Origin: a virus | Taxonomy: Duplodnaviria; Caudoviricetes | Strand: one strand, 5' to 3' | Length of the DNA stretch: 64,000 nucleotides | IMG/VR virus record: IMGVR_UViG_3300031867_005677 | Coordinates: 1 to 64,000 of that record | Shown here: one piece after another, positions 19,843 through 29,686 of the stretch | Layout of the letters: each line of letters begins with the position of its first letter | Position numbering within the stretch: the stretch's first letter is position 1 | The notes under the pieces: generated by a model | The model's input: only the letters and a program-made list of their open reading frames with translations | What the model was told of the DNA's origin: nothing | The model's database searches: none | Position numbers and translations under genes: made by a program

Positions 19843-21042
19843 ATGAAAAGTTTATCTCAACAAGTTAATGAAGATTCTTATATTTCATTAGGTAATGTTT
19901 CAATGATTAATGAAGCATGGGGAGCAAAAAAACATTATGCAGATGAATTAGAAAAAATATTTGCAAATTATGAAAAAAAGAAAAATCCTAAACCTAAAAA
20001 GGGTCCATTTGGGAGAGGAGGATTTAGACCAGGTCATTCCCCAGAAGAAGTACTTGCAAAATATCCAATGGAAATATTAATTGATAAAGCTGGATATGAA
20101 CCAAAAGAAATTTCTAAAGAAGTTTGGGGTCCTAAAGGAAGAACCGAAAAGAAAGAATTTAGTAAAAATGATTATGGTTATTTTATTGCACAATTAATAG
20201 CTAGTGGAGAACTTAATAAAGAAAAAATGCTTAAATGGTGGAATGAATATGAAGATAAGATAGCCAAAGCAAAATGGCATGATCCAAAATTTATAGCTAA
20301 ACAAATTGACCCGGTAAAATGTTGGAATCCATATTATCCTAAAGATGATTCTATTGTTAATTCATTTGAAAAAAATCCAGCTAATATGTCTTATTATTTA
20401 AAGAGTGGAAATGGTTTATCTTATGATGAAAAAAAAGAATTAAGAGCTTTCTTAGAAGATCCAGCAAATCTTGAAGAATTAAAGGTGGCTATTAAAGGTG
20501 TTAAAAATTCAATTTTAAAAGCACGTCCTACATTTAAGACAGGTGCTATTAATCATCTTAAAGATATTATTAAAAATTGTGATTATTCTGGTGGTAATCT
20601 TGAAGATTTAATGGAAAAGGAATATCGAGATAGCCATAAATCATATTATCAGGGTGGTAATGATAGAGATTGTGAAGCATCTGCAATAATTGGTCTTATT
20701 ATGAAAGTTATTAATAAGATTTATGGATTTGAAGTTTGGTCATCAATTACATCTGATAAAGATGAATATGAAAATGAAATTATTAGTGCCCATATTAATG
20801 GTTTAAATAAAGAAGATCAAACATATGAACAATTTGTTGATGATGCAGATATTCTTAAATTTAAAATTAAGAAATTAGGTGTATCAAAGAAAAAAGAATC
20901 ATCATCAGTTCATAATTCTTCATTTACATCAAATTATAATTATGATTTTGAAGTAATTTGTACTAAAGGAGATGAAGAGATATTTCATGAAACAATAACT
21001 GATGTGACAATTGGTTCATATTTCTTCTCTGGTGGATGGTAA
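19843..21042 (+). CDS. putative internal protein (CTS-like leader)
   Basis: Starts MKSLSQQVNE, with a second site MINE-A; basic segment KKKNPKPKKGPFGRGG follows. Confidence 0.5.
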   Translation: MKSLSQQVNEDSYISLGNVSMINEAWGAKKHYADELEKIFANYEKKKNPKPKKGPFGRGGFRPGHSPEEVLAKYPMEILIDKAGYEPKEISKEVWGPKGRTEKKEFSKNDYGYFIAQLIASGELNKEKMLKWWNEYEDKIAKAKWHDPKFIAKQIDPVKCWNPYYPKDDSIVNSFEKNPANMSYYLKSGNGLSYDEKKELRAFLEDPANLEELKVAIKGVKNSILKARPTFKTGAINHLKDIIKNCDYSGGNLEDLMEKEYRDSHKSYYQGGNDRDCEASAIIGLIMKVINKIYGFEVWSSITSDKDEYENEIISAHINGLNKEDQTYEQFVDDADILKFKIKKLGVSKKKESSSVHNSSFTSNYNYDFEVICTKGDEEIFHETITDVTIGSYFFSGGW

Positions 21043-21066
21043 AATATTTGTGGATTAAATAATATA

Positions 21067-21095
21067 TAAAAAGACCAATCTTATTGGCCTTTTTT
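21067..21095 (+). terminator. intrinsic terminator
   Basis: AAAAAGACCAAT-CTT-ATTGGCCTTTTTT hairpin with T tract. Confidence 0.65.
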
Positions 21096-21115
21096 ATATG
21101 TGGTCATTTTAAGAT

Positions 21116-21129
21116 TTATTTTTAATAAA
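21116..21129 (+). promoter_or_regulatory. putative late promoter
   Basis: TTATTTTTAATAAA exact copy. Confidence 0.55.
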
Positions 21130-21186
21130 TAAAATATACAAAATTTAGCATAAAACTAATAAATGATTCAAAACATATAATATATT

Positions 21187-22002
21187 ATGGATTTTAAAGG
21201 AATATTTCAAGTATTGATAGATAATTATGGTTTATATGGTTTAGTGATAGCTATATGTTTAGTAGCTATTTGTGTTGCCATACCTGTAATGCTTAACAAA
21301 CAAAGTAAGAAAATGTCAAATGATTTTAACAAATTAGGAATAGATTTATCAAATGCATTACAAAAACAAAATGATGGATTAATTAATAAATTATCAGAAA
21401 CACAAGATAAATTATTAGAAAGTAATTTAAATATTATTAATAATCTATTAGATCAAAAAAATAAAATACATGGCACAGGATTAAATTTAAGAGACCAAGT
21501 ATCAATACCAATACAAAATAAAATCAATCATTTAAAAGATTTATATAGGGCAAATAGAGTTGGCGTGATAGAGTTCCATAATTCATTAGTAAATCTTAAT
21601 GGTCTACCATTTTTATGGTATGATTTGATTTATGAAAGTATTATGAAAGGTACTAAATCAATTTCAATTGAAACTAAAAATATGCCATTTAATATTCTTA
21701 CTCCAATTTTATTAGGAATTCAAAATGGTCGTGCAAAAGTATTTGATAATAAAGAAGTAGAAAAATTCTATAATCAATCATCTGTACTTTATGAATTCTG
21801 TGAAAGATTTGATGTACATGATCTTGTGATATGCCCATTATTAAATAGTGATAATGAATTAGTTGGATTACTTTCATTAGAATATTCTGATAAATATCCT
21901 TTAAATCCAGAATTATTAGATATAAATGATATTGAGGATGAAGCAAAAATAATATCGGCTTTATTAGAATTGAATAAACAAAAAAATAATGAAAATAAAT
22001 AA
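21187..22002 (+). CDS. holin-like membrane protein (single TMD + GAF-like domain, T4 gp t-type architecture)
   Basis: TMD GLYGLVIAICLVAICVAIPVML, coiled coil, then RANRVGVIEFHNS...WYDLIYE...CPL...LVGLLSLEY GAF-like core. Confidence 0.5.
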   Translation: MDFKGIFQVLIDNYGLYGLVIAICLVAICVAIPVMLNKQSKKMSNDFNKLGIDLSNALQKQNDGLINKLSETQDKLLESNLNIINNLLDQKNKIHGTGLNLRDQVSIPIQNKINHLKDLYRANRVGVIEFHNSLVNLNGLPFLWYDLIYESIMKGTKSISIETKNMPFNILTPILLGIQNGRAKVFDNKEVEKFYNQSSVLYEFCERFDVHDLVICPLLNSDNELVGLLSLEYSDKYPLNPELLDINDIEDEAKIISALLELNKQKNNENK

Positions 22003-22006
22003 ACTT

Positions 22007-22033
22007 AAGGATCTAGTCAACTAGGTCCTTTTT
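22007..22033 (+). terminator. intrinsic terminator
   Basis: AAGGATCTAG-TCAA-CTAGGTCCTT followed by T tract. Confidence 0.8.
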
Positions 22034-22037
22034 ATTT

Positions 22038-22051
22038 TTATTTTTAATAAA
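22038..22051 (+). promoter_or_regulatory. putative late promoter
   Basis: TTATTTTTAATAAA exact copy right after the terminator. Confidence 0.55.
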
Positions 22052-22068
22052 ATTATTTGTTTATTTAA

Positions 22069-22476
22069 ATGAAAAGTTTAGATACTTTTATATGTGAAAA
22101 TAATGAACAATCTTCATTAGGTAAGAAAATTCTTAAAGTAATAGATAATAATATTACACAAGCAATTATTAAAAGAACTGAAAATTGGGATGCTAACAAA
22201 TTTGAATGGTCACGTGATCCAATGTTCTTATTAATAACACCAGAAAAAACTAAAAAGGATAGTGAAGAAAAATTTAGAGATCTTGAATGGGCAAGAGATA
22301 AATACATTGATGCTTGGAGAGATAAAGTTAAAGGAACTATAGATAATTATAATGTTAAAAATGATGATGGTGATTATGAATATTGTGTATTAGGTATATT
22401 TGTGGATAGACAATTCTTCCCGATATCTTCATTAGATAATATGAATAAAATCATAGATTTATTAATTCAAAAATAA
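22069..22476 (+). CDS. putative internal protein (CTS-like leader)
   Basis: Starts MKSLDTFICE. Confidence 0.5.
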   Translation: MKSLDTFICENNEQSSLGKKILKVIDNNITQAIIKRTENWDANKFEWSRDPMFLLITPEKTKKDSEEKFRDLEWARDKYIDAWRDKVKGTIDNYNVKNDDGDYEYCVLGIFVDRQFFPISSLDNMNKIIDLLIQK

Positions 22477-22489
22477 TAGAGGCAATATT

Positions 22490-22921
22490 ATGGAAAGTTT
22501 AGAGAATATAAAGAACAATAATCAAGATTTATATGAGAAATTACAAAAATATAATTGTAAGATGACATATAATAATAAGGTTATCTATGAAGGTATTTAT
22601 AAAGAAGATATTGATTATGGAAAATATAATCAATCAAATATTGTTTGTGAATTTAATATAAATGATAATAAGGTATTATTACTTCTTAAGAATAATGAAA
22701 ATATAGATAAACTTAATAAACTTTTTGAAAATAAACAATTTAATGATATTTATAATGATGCTAAATTATTTAATAAAGCAATGAATTTAGCAAATAAACT
22801 CCCATTATATAATTTTGATAAAGAATTATTTGAAAATAATATCAATAAAGATATTAAGAAATATGGAATTAATTTCCAAAAAATTTATGAAAATTTAAAC
22901 ATCAATGAATACAATAAATAA
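22490..22921 (+). CDS. hypothetical protein
   Basis: Intact ORF, Asn/Lys-rich; no clear E10 leader. Confidence 0.6.
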   Translation: MESLENIKNNNQDLYEKLQKYNCKMTYNNKVIYEGIYKEDIDYGKYNQSNIVCEFNINDNKVLLLLKNNENIDKLNKLFENKQFNDIYNDAKLFNKAMNLANKLPLYNFDKELFENNINKDIKKYGINFQKIYENLNINEYNK

Positions 22922-23276
22922 TTTTATAATAGAAAAACTTAAGGTTAATTCTAAATCAAAAATTCATGATGAAGAATTTTATGAAAAGACTTCTACCGAT
23001 TTATTAGTTGAGATTCAAAATGAAGTTGATAAAGATGGAGAATATCATACTTATAGTTTTAAAGATGGCCAAAAGAAATTCAAGAAAGGATTTTTGACAT
23101 TCAATGAAGATGGTGAATATTTAACTATTATAGCTTTTAATACAGCTGAAGATTTTGCTAATATGCTTGGAGCAGATGAAGATGCATACAAACAATATGA
23201 AAATGTTAAAGTTGGTGGTTATATAGATTGGGGCGAAAATGATGGTTCAACTTCACAAATATTAAGAATTTGGTAA
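22905..23276 (+). CDS. putative internal protein (CTS-like leader + KLKVNS motif)
   Basis: Starts MNTINNFIIE-KLKVNSKSKIH. Confidence 0.55.
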   Translation: MNTINNFIIEKLKVNSKSKIHDEEFYEKTSTDLLVEIQNEVDKDGEYHTYSFKDGQKKFKKGFLTFNEDGEYLTIIAFNTAEDFANMLGADEDAYKQYENVKVGGYIDWGENDGSTSQILRIW

Positions 23277-23277
23277 T

Positions 23278-23637
23278 ATGAAAGATATAGATTATTTTAT
23301 ACAAGAAAAGCTTAAAGTTAATTCTAAATCAAAAATTAATAAAAATGAACCTTTAGAAGCAGATGAAATTGAAGGTCCTGAAACTCCTGGTAAAGATTAT
23401 TTTGATGAAGATGTAGTTATTATAGGTTGGCCATTTAAAGATAAAAATGACCAAAATTATAAAAAAACAAAAGAATATATTAGAAAAGAAGGATATTCAA
23501 TTTATAATGATTTAGAAGATATCGAAGATAAAGATATGTGGGATTATTTCTGTTATGCACAACATCCTAATGATGGATTTGAAATAAATTGTTATGTATA
23601 TGGTTCTGAAGGAGTAGAAGGTTATAGTGAAAAATAA
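23278..23637 (+). CDS. putative internal protein (CTS-like leader + KLKVNS motif)
   Basis: Starts MKDIDYFIQE-KLKVNSKSKIN. Confidence 0.55.
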   Translation: MKDIDYFIQEKLKVNSKSKINKNEPLEADEIEGPETPGKDYFDEDVVIIGWPFKDKNDQNYKKTKEYIRKEGYSIYNDLEDIEDKDMWDYFCYAQHPNDGFEINCYVYGSEGVEGYSEK

Positions 23638-23651
23638 TATTAATTTATAAT

Positions 23652-23846
23652 ATGAAAGATATAGTTACAAAAATATATGAATCTAATGAATGGAATCCTT
23701 CATTAAATTCTCATAAACAAGCATATAATAATTTTATCAAATGGTATGATAAATGCCTTAAACATATGAATAAAGAAGAAATACTTGATTTAATTGAATC
23801 TGCTATAAAAGAGATTGAAGATGATTCATTAGATATAATTAAATAA
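23652..23846 (+). CDS. putative internal protein (CTS-like leader)
   Basis: Starts MKDIVTKIYE. Confidence 0.5.
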   Translation: MKDIVTKIYESNEWNPSLNSHKQAYNNFIKWYDKCLKHMNKEEILDLIESAIKEIEDDSLDIIK

Positions 23847-23847
23847 T

Positions 23848-24291
23848 ATGAAAAAAATAAATGAATATATTTTAGAATCTAATAAATCTGTTAATATATT
23901 AATAGATAGAGAAAAAGTTAATAAATATAATTTTTCTCGTAAAGAATATGCATTAATTAAATATTTAATTGATAATAATGATTCTTTAAGATCAAGAATT
24001 TATGTAGTAGAAGGAAATAAAAAATCAAATATTGATGAAATCGAAGAATATAGAGATTTAATTCCTGAAGACGAAAGAGGTATATTGTTTGTTTATCAAG
24101 AATCTACTAGAATGGGAGCACCTAAAGAAGCTGTATTTTATAGTATTTCTAAAATAAAAGAAACTAAAGAAAAAGAAACTTTTGTATATTCTTATCATAC
24201 AGAAGGTAAATCTAAATATAAGTCTGCAATTATAACTATAACCGGTAATAATTCAGAATTAACTTTATCTGAAACAGATATTAAATATTAA
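23848..24291 (+). CDS. putative internal protein (CTS-like leader)
   Basis: Starts MKKINEYILE. Confidence 0.5.
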   Translation: MKKINEYILESNKSVNILIDREKVNKYNFSRKEYALIKYLIDNNDSLRSRIYVVEGNKKSNIDEIEEYRDLIPEDERGILFVYQESTRMGAPKEAVFYSISKIKETKEKETFVYSYHTEGKSKYKSAIITITGNNSELTLSETDIKY

Positions 24292-24311
24292 AGAATATAA
24301 TATTAATAATT

Positions 24312-24596
24312 ATGGAGAATATAGATAAGTTTATTAATAATGATCAAATAACGGAAGAATTAACATATGATGATGTAATTCAAAAGTTACAAGAGGCAAA
24401 AGAAGCTGGTACACCTATTGATGAAGGTATATTAGGTGCTATTGGAGGAGCTCTTCTTGGAGCATCATTTGGTCCTAAATTAGGTAATGCAATATGTGGG
24501 GCATTAGGTATTGATCCTAAAGGAGCTTTAGGTAGTCTTATGACTTCACGATTAGTTTTAGGATCTATTGGTGCTAAAATGGGATGGAAATTATAA
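24312..24596 (+). CDS. glycine-zipper membrane-active protein with acidic N-terminal propeptide
   Basis: Acidic leader (ITEE, IDE) followed by GILGAIGGALLGASFG...GALG...GALG...GSIG. Confidence 0.55.
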   Translation: MENIDKFINNDQITEELTYDDVIQKLQEAKEAGTPIDEGILGAIGGALLGASFGPKLGNAICGALGIDPKGALGSLMTSRLVLGSIGAKMGWKL

Positions 24597-24614
24597 TATA
24601 TTAAATACATAAAT

Positions 24615-25784
24615 ATGAAAAGTTTATTTAATTATTTTTTAGAATCAAAAGAAGATGGTAAATATTTAGATTTACCACAATCAATGAATAAACCATTTTT
24701 CTATCCAGGCATACCTAAAAGTACAAAAGATGAAATGAAGAATAAATATAAAGAATATGAAGAGTCAGTAATTAAGATAAATACAGAGAATTTTGAAATT
24801 CTTGTTGATAAACTTAAAACTGCAATGGCTTCTAAAAAAGGACATAATAACTTTATTCTTAATGCTCAAAATTGTACATTTGATAATTTCTATGGAAAAG
24901 ATGAAAATGGTAATAAAGATTTCTTTGATTTTGTAGAAAAGGCTACAAAAGAAGCAAGAATTGCATTAGAAACAGATGATATAAAAGCTGCAAGTTTTAC
25001 AAAAGCACGTCAACCAGAAAAAAGAAATTCATGGGATAAAGATGTTACATTATTTTGGTGGGATTCTCAAGGGTTTACATTTTCTATTTATCTTGCATTA
25101 AGTGTTATTGCACAAGCTTATAATGTTAATATCCCTAAATTTAATGATAAATTTAATATTTTAAAAACTGATACCGTCGATAGTAAATATCAACAAATGT
25201 GGGATCAAACATCTAAACCTAGCAATGATGAGAAAAGAGAAGCAAAATCAACTAAAGTTTATAAAAAGGCTGAAGAAGAATATGAAAAGGATTCTAAGAA
25301 AATAAAGAAATTACGTGAAGCATTTAGAAAAACAGATTTATATAAAGATATTATTGCAATATTAGATAAAGTTGAAGATGACTTAGAGGCAACAGAACAA
25401 AACTATAAGAAATGGGAAAAGATATTTGCAGAAAAAATAAAGAAAGATGATGAAGCTAAAAAACTAGCTGATGCTATTGAAAAGATTAAAGATGATGTTC
25501 AAAAGGTCTTAGAAAAATCATTCGGTAGTTATTCTCGAATATCTTGGGGTGTTGATAATCTTTATAAATTAGCTGCTAAAGCTTATTTAGAATCTGACAA
25601 TAAAATGCCCGAAATTAAAGAATTATCTCATAATACTGGTAGTTGGCTTTCAGGAATGCATACAACATGTGAATTTGAAGTTATTGGGGCCAATGGAACA
25701 TCTTATGGAAAAGTTAAATTACAAGATAAAGGATTAGATGGAGATGATGGCAAACCTGTAGATGGATTTGGCCCTTGGGATTAA
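24615..25784 (+). CDS. putative internal protein (CTS-like leader)
   Basis: Starts MKSLFNYFLE; central coiled coil. Confidence 0.5.
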   Translation: MKSLFNYFLESKEDGKYLDLPQSMNKPFFYPGIPKSTKDEMKNKYKEYEESVIKINTENFEILVDKLKTAMASKKGHNNFILNAQNCTFDNFYGKDENGNKDFFDFVEKATKEARIALETDDIKAASFTKARQPEKRNSWDKDVTLFWWDSQGFTFSIYLALSVIAQAYNVNIPKFNDKFNILKTDTVDSKYQQMWDQTSKPSNDEKREAKSTKVYKKAEEEYEKDSKKIKKLREAFRKTDLYKDIIAILDKVEDDLEATEQNYKKWEKIFAEKIKKDDEAKKLADAIEKIKDDVQKVLEKSFGSYSRISWGVDNLYKLAAKAYLESDNKMPEIKELSHNTGSWLSGMHTTCEFEVIGANGTSYGKVKLQDKGLDGDDGKPVDGFGPWD

Positions 25785-25908
25785 CTCTAGTTAAATTTCA
25801 AAAAAAATTACATAAATATTTATTCATAATAAAAATATTTATTATTATATAAATAATTATGTTAATGCATAATTTATTATTAATAGAAAAATACCAAATA
25901 AAATAGAT

Positions 25909-27393
25909 ATGAACGTAAAATTACTTAAAGACCTGGATTTCGTAGCTAAGATTAATGAATGTCAAGCAGTTTCTGAAGCAGGTAAAGAATTAGTAAAGAA
26001 CTACAAGGCATATTTGTTTACAAATCCTGCATCTTGTGGTATCGTAAATGGCTTCGTACAAGAAGCACAAAAATATAGCTTCGATACAGGTTTAGCTAGT
26101 ATTTTAGAGTCTGTATTAGGTTTTATAAAGGAAAATAATATTTCTTGGCAATTAGCAAGTGCTTGTGAATCAATTGAAAATAACAAGTCAACATATAATT
26201 ATATTGCTAAGACAGGTGTAGAACAAGTAAGTAAACTTCTTGAAATGGATGAATCACAAGTTGTTTCTTATATTAAGAGTGGAGCTCTTAAAGGTGTTCA
26301 ATATATTCCTGAATTCCGCCAAGTATGTAAACAAGTATTCAAATCGGCAATTACAGAAGCAATGGCTCCTAATTATACATTAGTTAATCCTATTTCTTAT
26401 GTATATGAAAATGAAGAAGGAGATAAATATTTTGAAGTATTACATAAAACATATAAGACAAATAAAGAACAAACTAAAGTTTCTGAAGCTGTATGTGATG
26501 ATGTAAAATTCAGAAATATCAATGCATTACTTGAATCTTTCACAAATGATGAAGGTACTCTTTCTTATGCTTGGAAATCTGGTTTTGATGGTTGTCAAGT
26601 TGTAATTAAAGAAGCTGAAGATAAAACAACTCTTACATTCACTAAAGGACAAAAGATTAATGAAACATTTGAAGATGCAACAAAATTCAATGAATATTGT
26701 GATACTCTTTCTAAAGCATTAGGTATGAATGAAAGATTACAATTCATGAATATTACAAATGCAATTGGTCAAGTATTTGAAGCTATGGATCATGTATTCA
26801 TTATGGATTGTGCAAAAGTTCTTAGAACATCTACCGGAGTTATTTGTACAATTGTTGAAAGTAAAGATAATGTTACCATGAGTGTTAATGCTTCTATTCA
26901 TAATGGTACATATACAAAGGATTTTGATTATATGACAGAAGCTCTTAAAGAAGTAACAGCTGTATCTGGTATTGATCTTAAGCATATTTATGAAGAAAGA
27001 ATTAATGAAGATGTTAAGAAACAAAACCCAGATGAATATAAGAATATTCAAGAAGAATTAGCTGCTCAAAAATCTCAACAAATGGATGCTCGTAAGAAGA
27101 AAATTGCTACATTAGCTGAACAATATAAGAATGATCCTGCTATTATTGCTGTTCTTAATAAAGCCGCTCGTGATTTAGCTCTTTTAGAAAATTCAGATAA
27201 GACTCACGAAGATGCAATGAAGAAACAACAAGAAGAAGCAGAAAAGAAAGCTAAAGAAGCTCAAGCTAAACAAGAGGAAGAAGCTAAGAAAGCTGAAGAA
27301 GAAGCTGCTAAGAAAGCTGAAGAAGAAAAGAAAAAACAAGAAGAAGCTGCTAAGAAAGCTGAAGAAGAAGCAAAGAAAGCGGCTCAAAAATAA
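25909..27393 (+). CDS. putative prohead core/scaffold-like protein
   Basis: Many [ILV]-x-E motifs (KINE, ILE, LLE, ITE, VSE, INE), C-terminal KKAEEE low-complexity tail, and TATAAATA upstream (about 25847). Confidence 0.45.
   Translation: MNVKLLKDLDFVAKINECQAVSEAGKELVKNYKAYLFTNPASCGIVNGFVQEAQKYSFDTGLASILESVLGFIKENNISWQLASACESIENNKSTYNYIAKTGVEQVSKLLEMDESQVVSYIKSGALKGVQYIPEFRQVCKQVFKSAITEAMAPNYTLVNPISYVYENEEGDKYFEVLHKTYKTNKEQTKVSEAVCDDVKFRNINALLESFTNDEGTLSYAWKSGFDGCQVVIKEAEDKTTLTFTKGQKINETFEDATKFNEYCDTLSKALGMNERLQFMNITNAIGQVFEAMDHVFIMDCAKVLRTSTGVICTIVESKDNVTMSVNASIHNGTYTKDFDYMTEALKEVTAVSGIDLKHIYEERINEDVKKQNPDEYKNIQEELAAQKSQQMDARKKKIATLAEQYKNDPAIIAVLNKAARDLALLENSDKTHEDAMKKQQEEAEKKAKEAQAKQEEEAKKAEEEAAKKAEEEKKKQEEAAKKAEEEAKKAAQK
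27230..27390 (+). repeat. in-frame K/A/E repeats (AAGAAAGCTGAAGAAGAA units)
   Basis: Encodes EEAKKAEEEAAKKAEEEKKKQEEAAKKAEEEAKKAAQK. Confidence 0.85.
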
Positions 27394-27425
27394 AATAATT
27401 AGCTACAGATAAATTTTAATATAAT

Positions 27426-27453
27426 AAAATGGAAAGCTTAAGCTTTCCATTTT
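27426..27453. terminator. bidirectional terminator between convergent blocks
   Basis: Perfect 28-bp palindrome AAAATGGAAAGCTTAAGCTTTCCATTTT. Confidence 0.85.
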
Positions 27454-27483
27454 TTATTTAAATATTGAATATATTTTCAAGTT

Positions 27484-27969
27484 TTAAATACACTCTTTAA
27501 TAAATTCAAAGAAATATGGAGGATGGTACATGTATGTATTTGGATTTTCTTTTTCAAAATTTTCTGACCATTTACTGCATTTTTCTTTATTGTTAATTAG
27601 TTTCCAGCCATTTGGCAAAACTGCTTTTCCGAAGCCTTCTGGTGTAGTTTTCCAATGTCCAATCCAAAATGCTAAGAAATCGTATAACTTAGAATGTAAT
27701 GTTACATCATATTTTGTAATTCCCAAAAATGCTTCATCTCTAAACAATTTCAATTTCATATCAGTTGCATTTCTTATTGCTCCTGGATTTGTATTTTTAT
27801 CGGTATCATATTGTATAAAGTTACATGCAGGTTCAAATTTATCACTAAAAATGCAACTATCATACTTTAAACAATTCTTATTATTATCAAGCGAGCATTG
27901 GCCACCTTCACCACTATTCCAATTTTCAAAGTGGATGCATTTTCTTTTCATTTCATTTGTTAATACCAT
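27484..27969 (-). CDS. hypothetical protein with N-terminal Cys motif
   Basis: CIHF...C...C...C pattern. Confidence 0.65.
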   Translation of the reverse strand: MVLTNEMKRKCIHFENWNSGEGGQCSLDNNKNCLKYDSCIFSDKFEPACNFIQYDTDKNTNPGAIRNATDMKLKLFRDEAFLGITKYDVTLHSKLYDFLAFWIGHWKTTPEGFGKAVLPNGWKLINNKEKCSKWSENFEKENPNTYMYHPPYFFEFIKECI

Positions 27970-27981
27970 AACATAATTTAT

Positions 27982-28953
27982 TTATAACCATTTTGTATCT
28001 TTACCAAATTCTTCATCATCTGAAGCTTTATGTTTTACTTGATAATTGAATAATTCCATTTTATTACATTTCTTCCAATCATCATAATTTGTATATCCTA
28101 ATATTGAACCTATAAATACAGAAGGACATTTAGAATATTCAATATTTGAATTTATTACTTCTTGTAATTCATCATCATTATATTTATTTTGTTCAAATGT
28201 CTCATTTAATTCTTTATATTGATCATTCTCTAAATGACGTTCTCTATATCGTTTTATCTGTATTGTTATAAATTGATTTATAAAATCCCAATTTCTATTT
28301 TTATTTCCATACACACAAAGCTTATGATTATTAGGTTGTTCATCAGGTACACATTTATACCAACCATGCTTATATCCTTTAATATAATCAAGATAATCTT
28401 TTCCTTGTTTTATCCAATAAGTATTAAGAATATTTCCTATTAACCAATCATCACATTTCTCTAAATATAAATAACTTAGTCCTTCAGTTAAAATAATATT
28501 AATTAATTTCTTAGATAGAATCATCCCATTACCACGCCCATATAGATAAAGTGGATAAGGACAAAATGAATTACTTAATGAATATAAATCTGAAGTCCAT
28601 AATATTTCATCATTATCTAATTGTTGTATAAATTGATTTAATAATACTACATTAATATAAGTTGATGTATTAGTTCTAAATATATAATCATAATCATATA
28701 TTTTATTAGCTAATTTAAAAGCATAATATGTTTTTTTGAATGTGTTCTTAATATCATCTTCACACCTTAAAGATAATAAATGTTGTTCCTTATCATATTT
28801 ATGCTTAGGTATATTAGGATCTCCTCTATAAATTATATAATCTATATTATCAAATTGGTTTAATTGTTTTATCCATGTTTCTTTAATTATTTGTTCTTGT
28901 CCAATAAAAAAATCATCATTACAAGACATCACAGTGATTAAAATTTTTTTCAT
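27982..28953 (-). CDS. glycosyltransferase-like protein (GT-A, GT31/Fringe-like)
   Basis: ILITVMSC, IKETW, YDYDYIFRTNTSTYIN, GRGNGMILSKKL, DDWLIG. Confidence 0.6.
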   Translation of the reverse strand: MKKILITVMSCNDDFFIGQEQIIKETWIKQLNQFDNIDYIIYRGDPNIPKHKYDKEQHLLSLRCEDDIKNTFKKTYYAFKLANKIYDYDYIFRTNTSTYINVVLLNQFIQQLDNDEILWTSDLYSLSNSFCPYPLYLYGRGNGMILSKKLINIILTEGLSYLYLEKCDDWLIGNILNTYWIKQGKDYLDYIKGYKHGWYKCVPDEQPNNHKLCVYGNKNRNWDFINQFITIQIKRYRERHLENDQYKELNETFEQNKYNDDELQEVINSNIEYSKCPSVFIGSILGYTNYDDWKKCNKMELFNYQVKHKASDDEEFGKDTKWL

Positions 28954-29003
28954 AATATATGTTTTATCATTTTTTATATTTAAATTAACCTGTGGGCACA
29001 GGA

Positions 29004-29630
29004 TTAAACACAGGCATTATTATTTAGTTCTTTAAAATATGTACAAATCCAATAAGCATCAGCTATATCATCAATTTTAGGTAATAAGGCAATTTCTTTA
29101 TAAGCAGTTTTAAATAATCCAACCATTACATCTTTAGAGCAATTACCATTTCCACTTGCAAATTTCTTTATTTCACCTGGTGTAAATATTTTAAGTTCAC
29201 CAACATTATCTTGGTGTGATTTAAATAATTTATATAATCTATAACGAATAAGTGTTGATAATCCGGCAAGATCTAATAATGATTTTGTTTGACTTGATTG
29301 ATAAGAAACTCCTTCCATACCAATATAAACCCTATCTAATGGTGAAGATATACTTGATTTAACAATATTCAATATATTATCAGTTATCAAAATATTATTA
29401 AGTAATTTACCCCATTCAAATTCATCATTATTTTCAGATTCTGATTTTTCTTTCTTATCATAAAAAACATAATCAAAATTATCTAAAGTTTGTGAATAAA
29501 CTAAAGCTTTTTTAGTAACTTTATTAGTGATAATATAAAAATGTTCTTTAATTAATTTATTATCTTCACATAATTTTACACATATACCAGTACTATTAAT
29601 AGATTGGTCAATACCTATATAAATTTTCAC
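29004..29630 (-). CDS. RuvC-like Holliday junction resolvase
   Basis: GIDQSINSTG, MEGVSY, IKKFASGNGNCSK, DDIADAY; GTG start. Confidence 0.85.
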   Translation of the reverse strand: MKIYIGIDQSINSTGICVKLCEDNKLIKEHFYIITNKVTKKALVYSQTLDNFDYVFYDKKEKSESENNDEFEWGKLLNNILITDNILNIVKSSISSPLDRVYIGMEGVSYQSSQTKSLLDLAGLSTLIRYRLYKLFKSHQDNVGELKIFTPGEIKKFASGNGNCSKDVMVGLFKTAYKEIALLPKIDDIADAYWICTYFKELNNNACV

Positions 29631-29686
29631 TTTTTTATAAAAAAAATATATTTAATTTTTAAAATAGTAAAAGCCCAGTATACTAT

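Noticed and set aside
27193-27387. Phe/Ser/Leu-rich minus-strand ORF, and other opposite-strand ORFs in the track (e.g. 151..345, 523..801, 1177..1419, 3985..4503, 27530..27976, 62567..62872)
   Set aside because: Antisense shadows of real genes (dnaK, KKAEEE repeats, etc.) with no independent start context.
28989-29002. CCTGTG-GG-CACAGG palindrome as an operator or ncRNA
   Set aside because: It lies immediately after the RuvC-like stop and is most simply a weak terminator hairpin; single occurrence.
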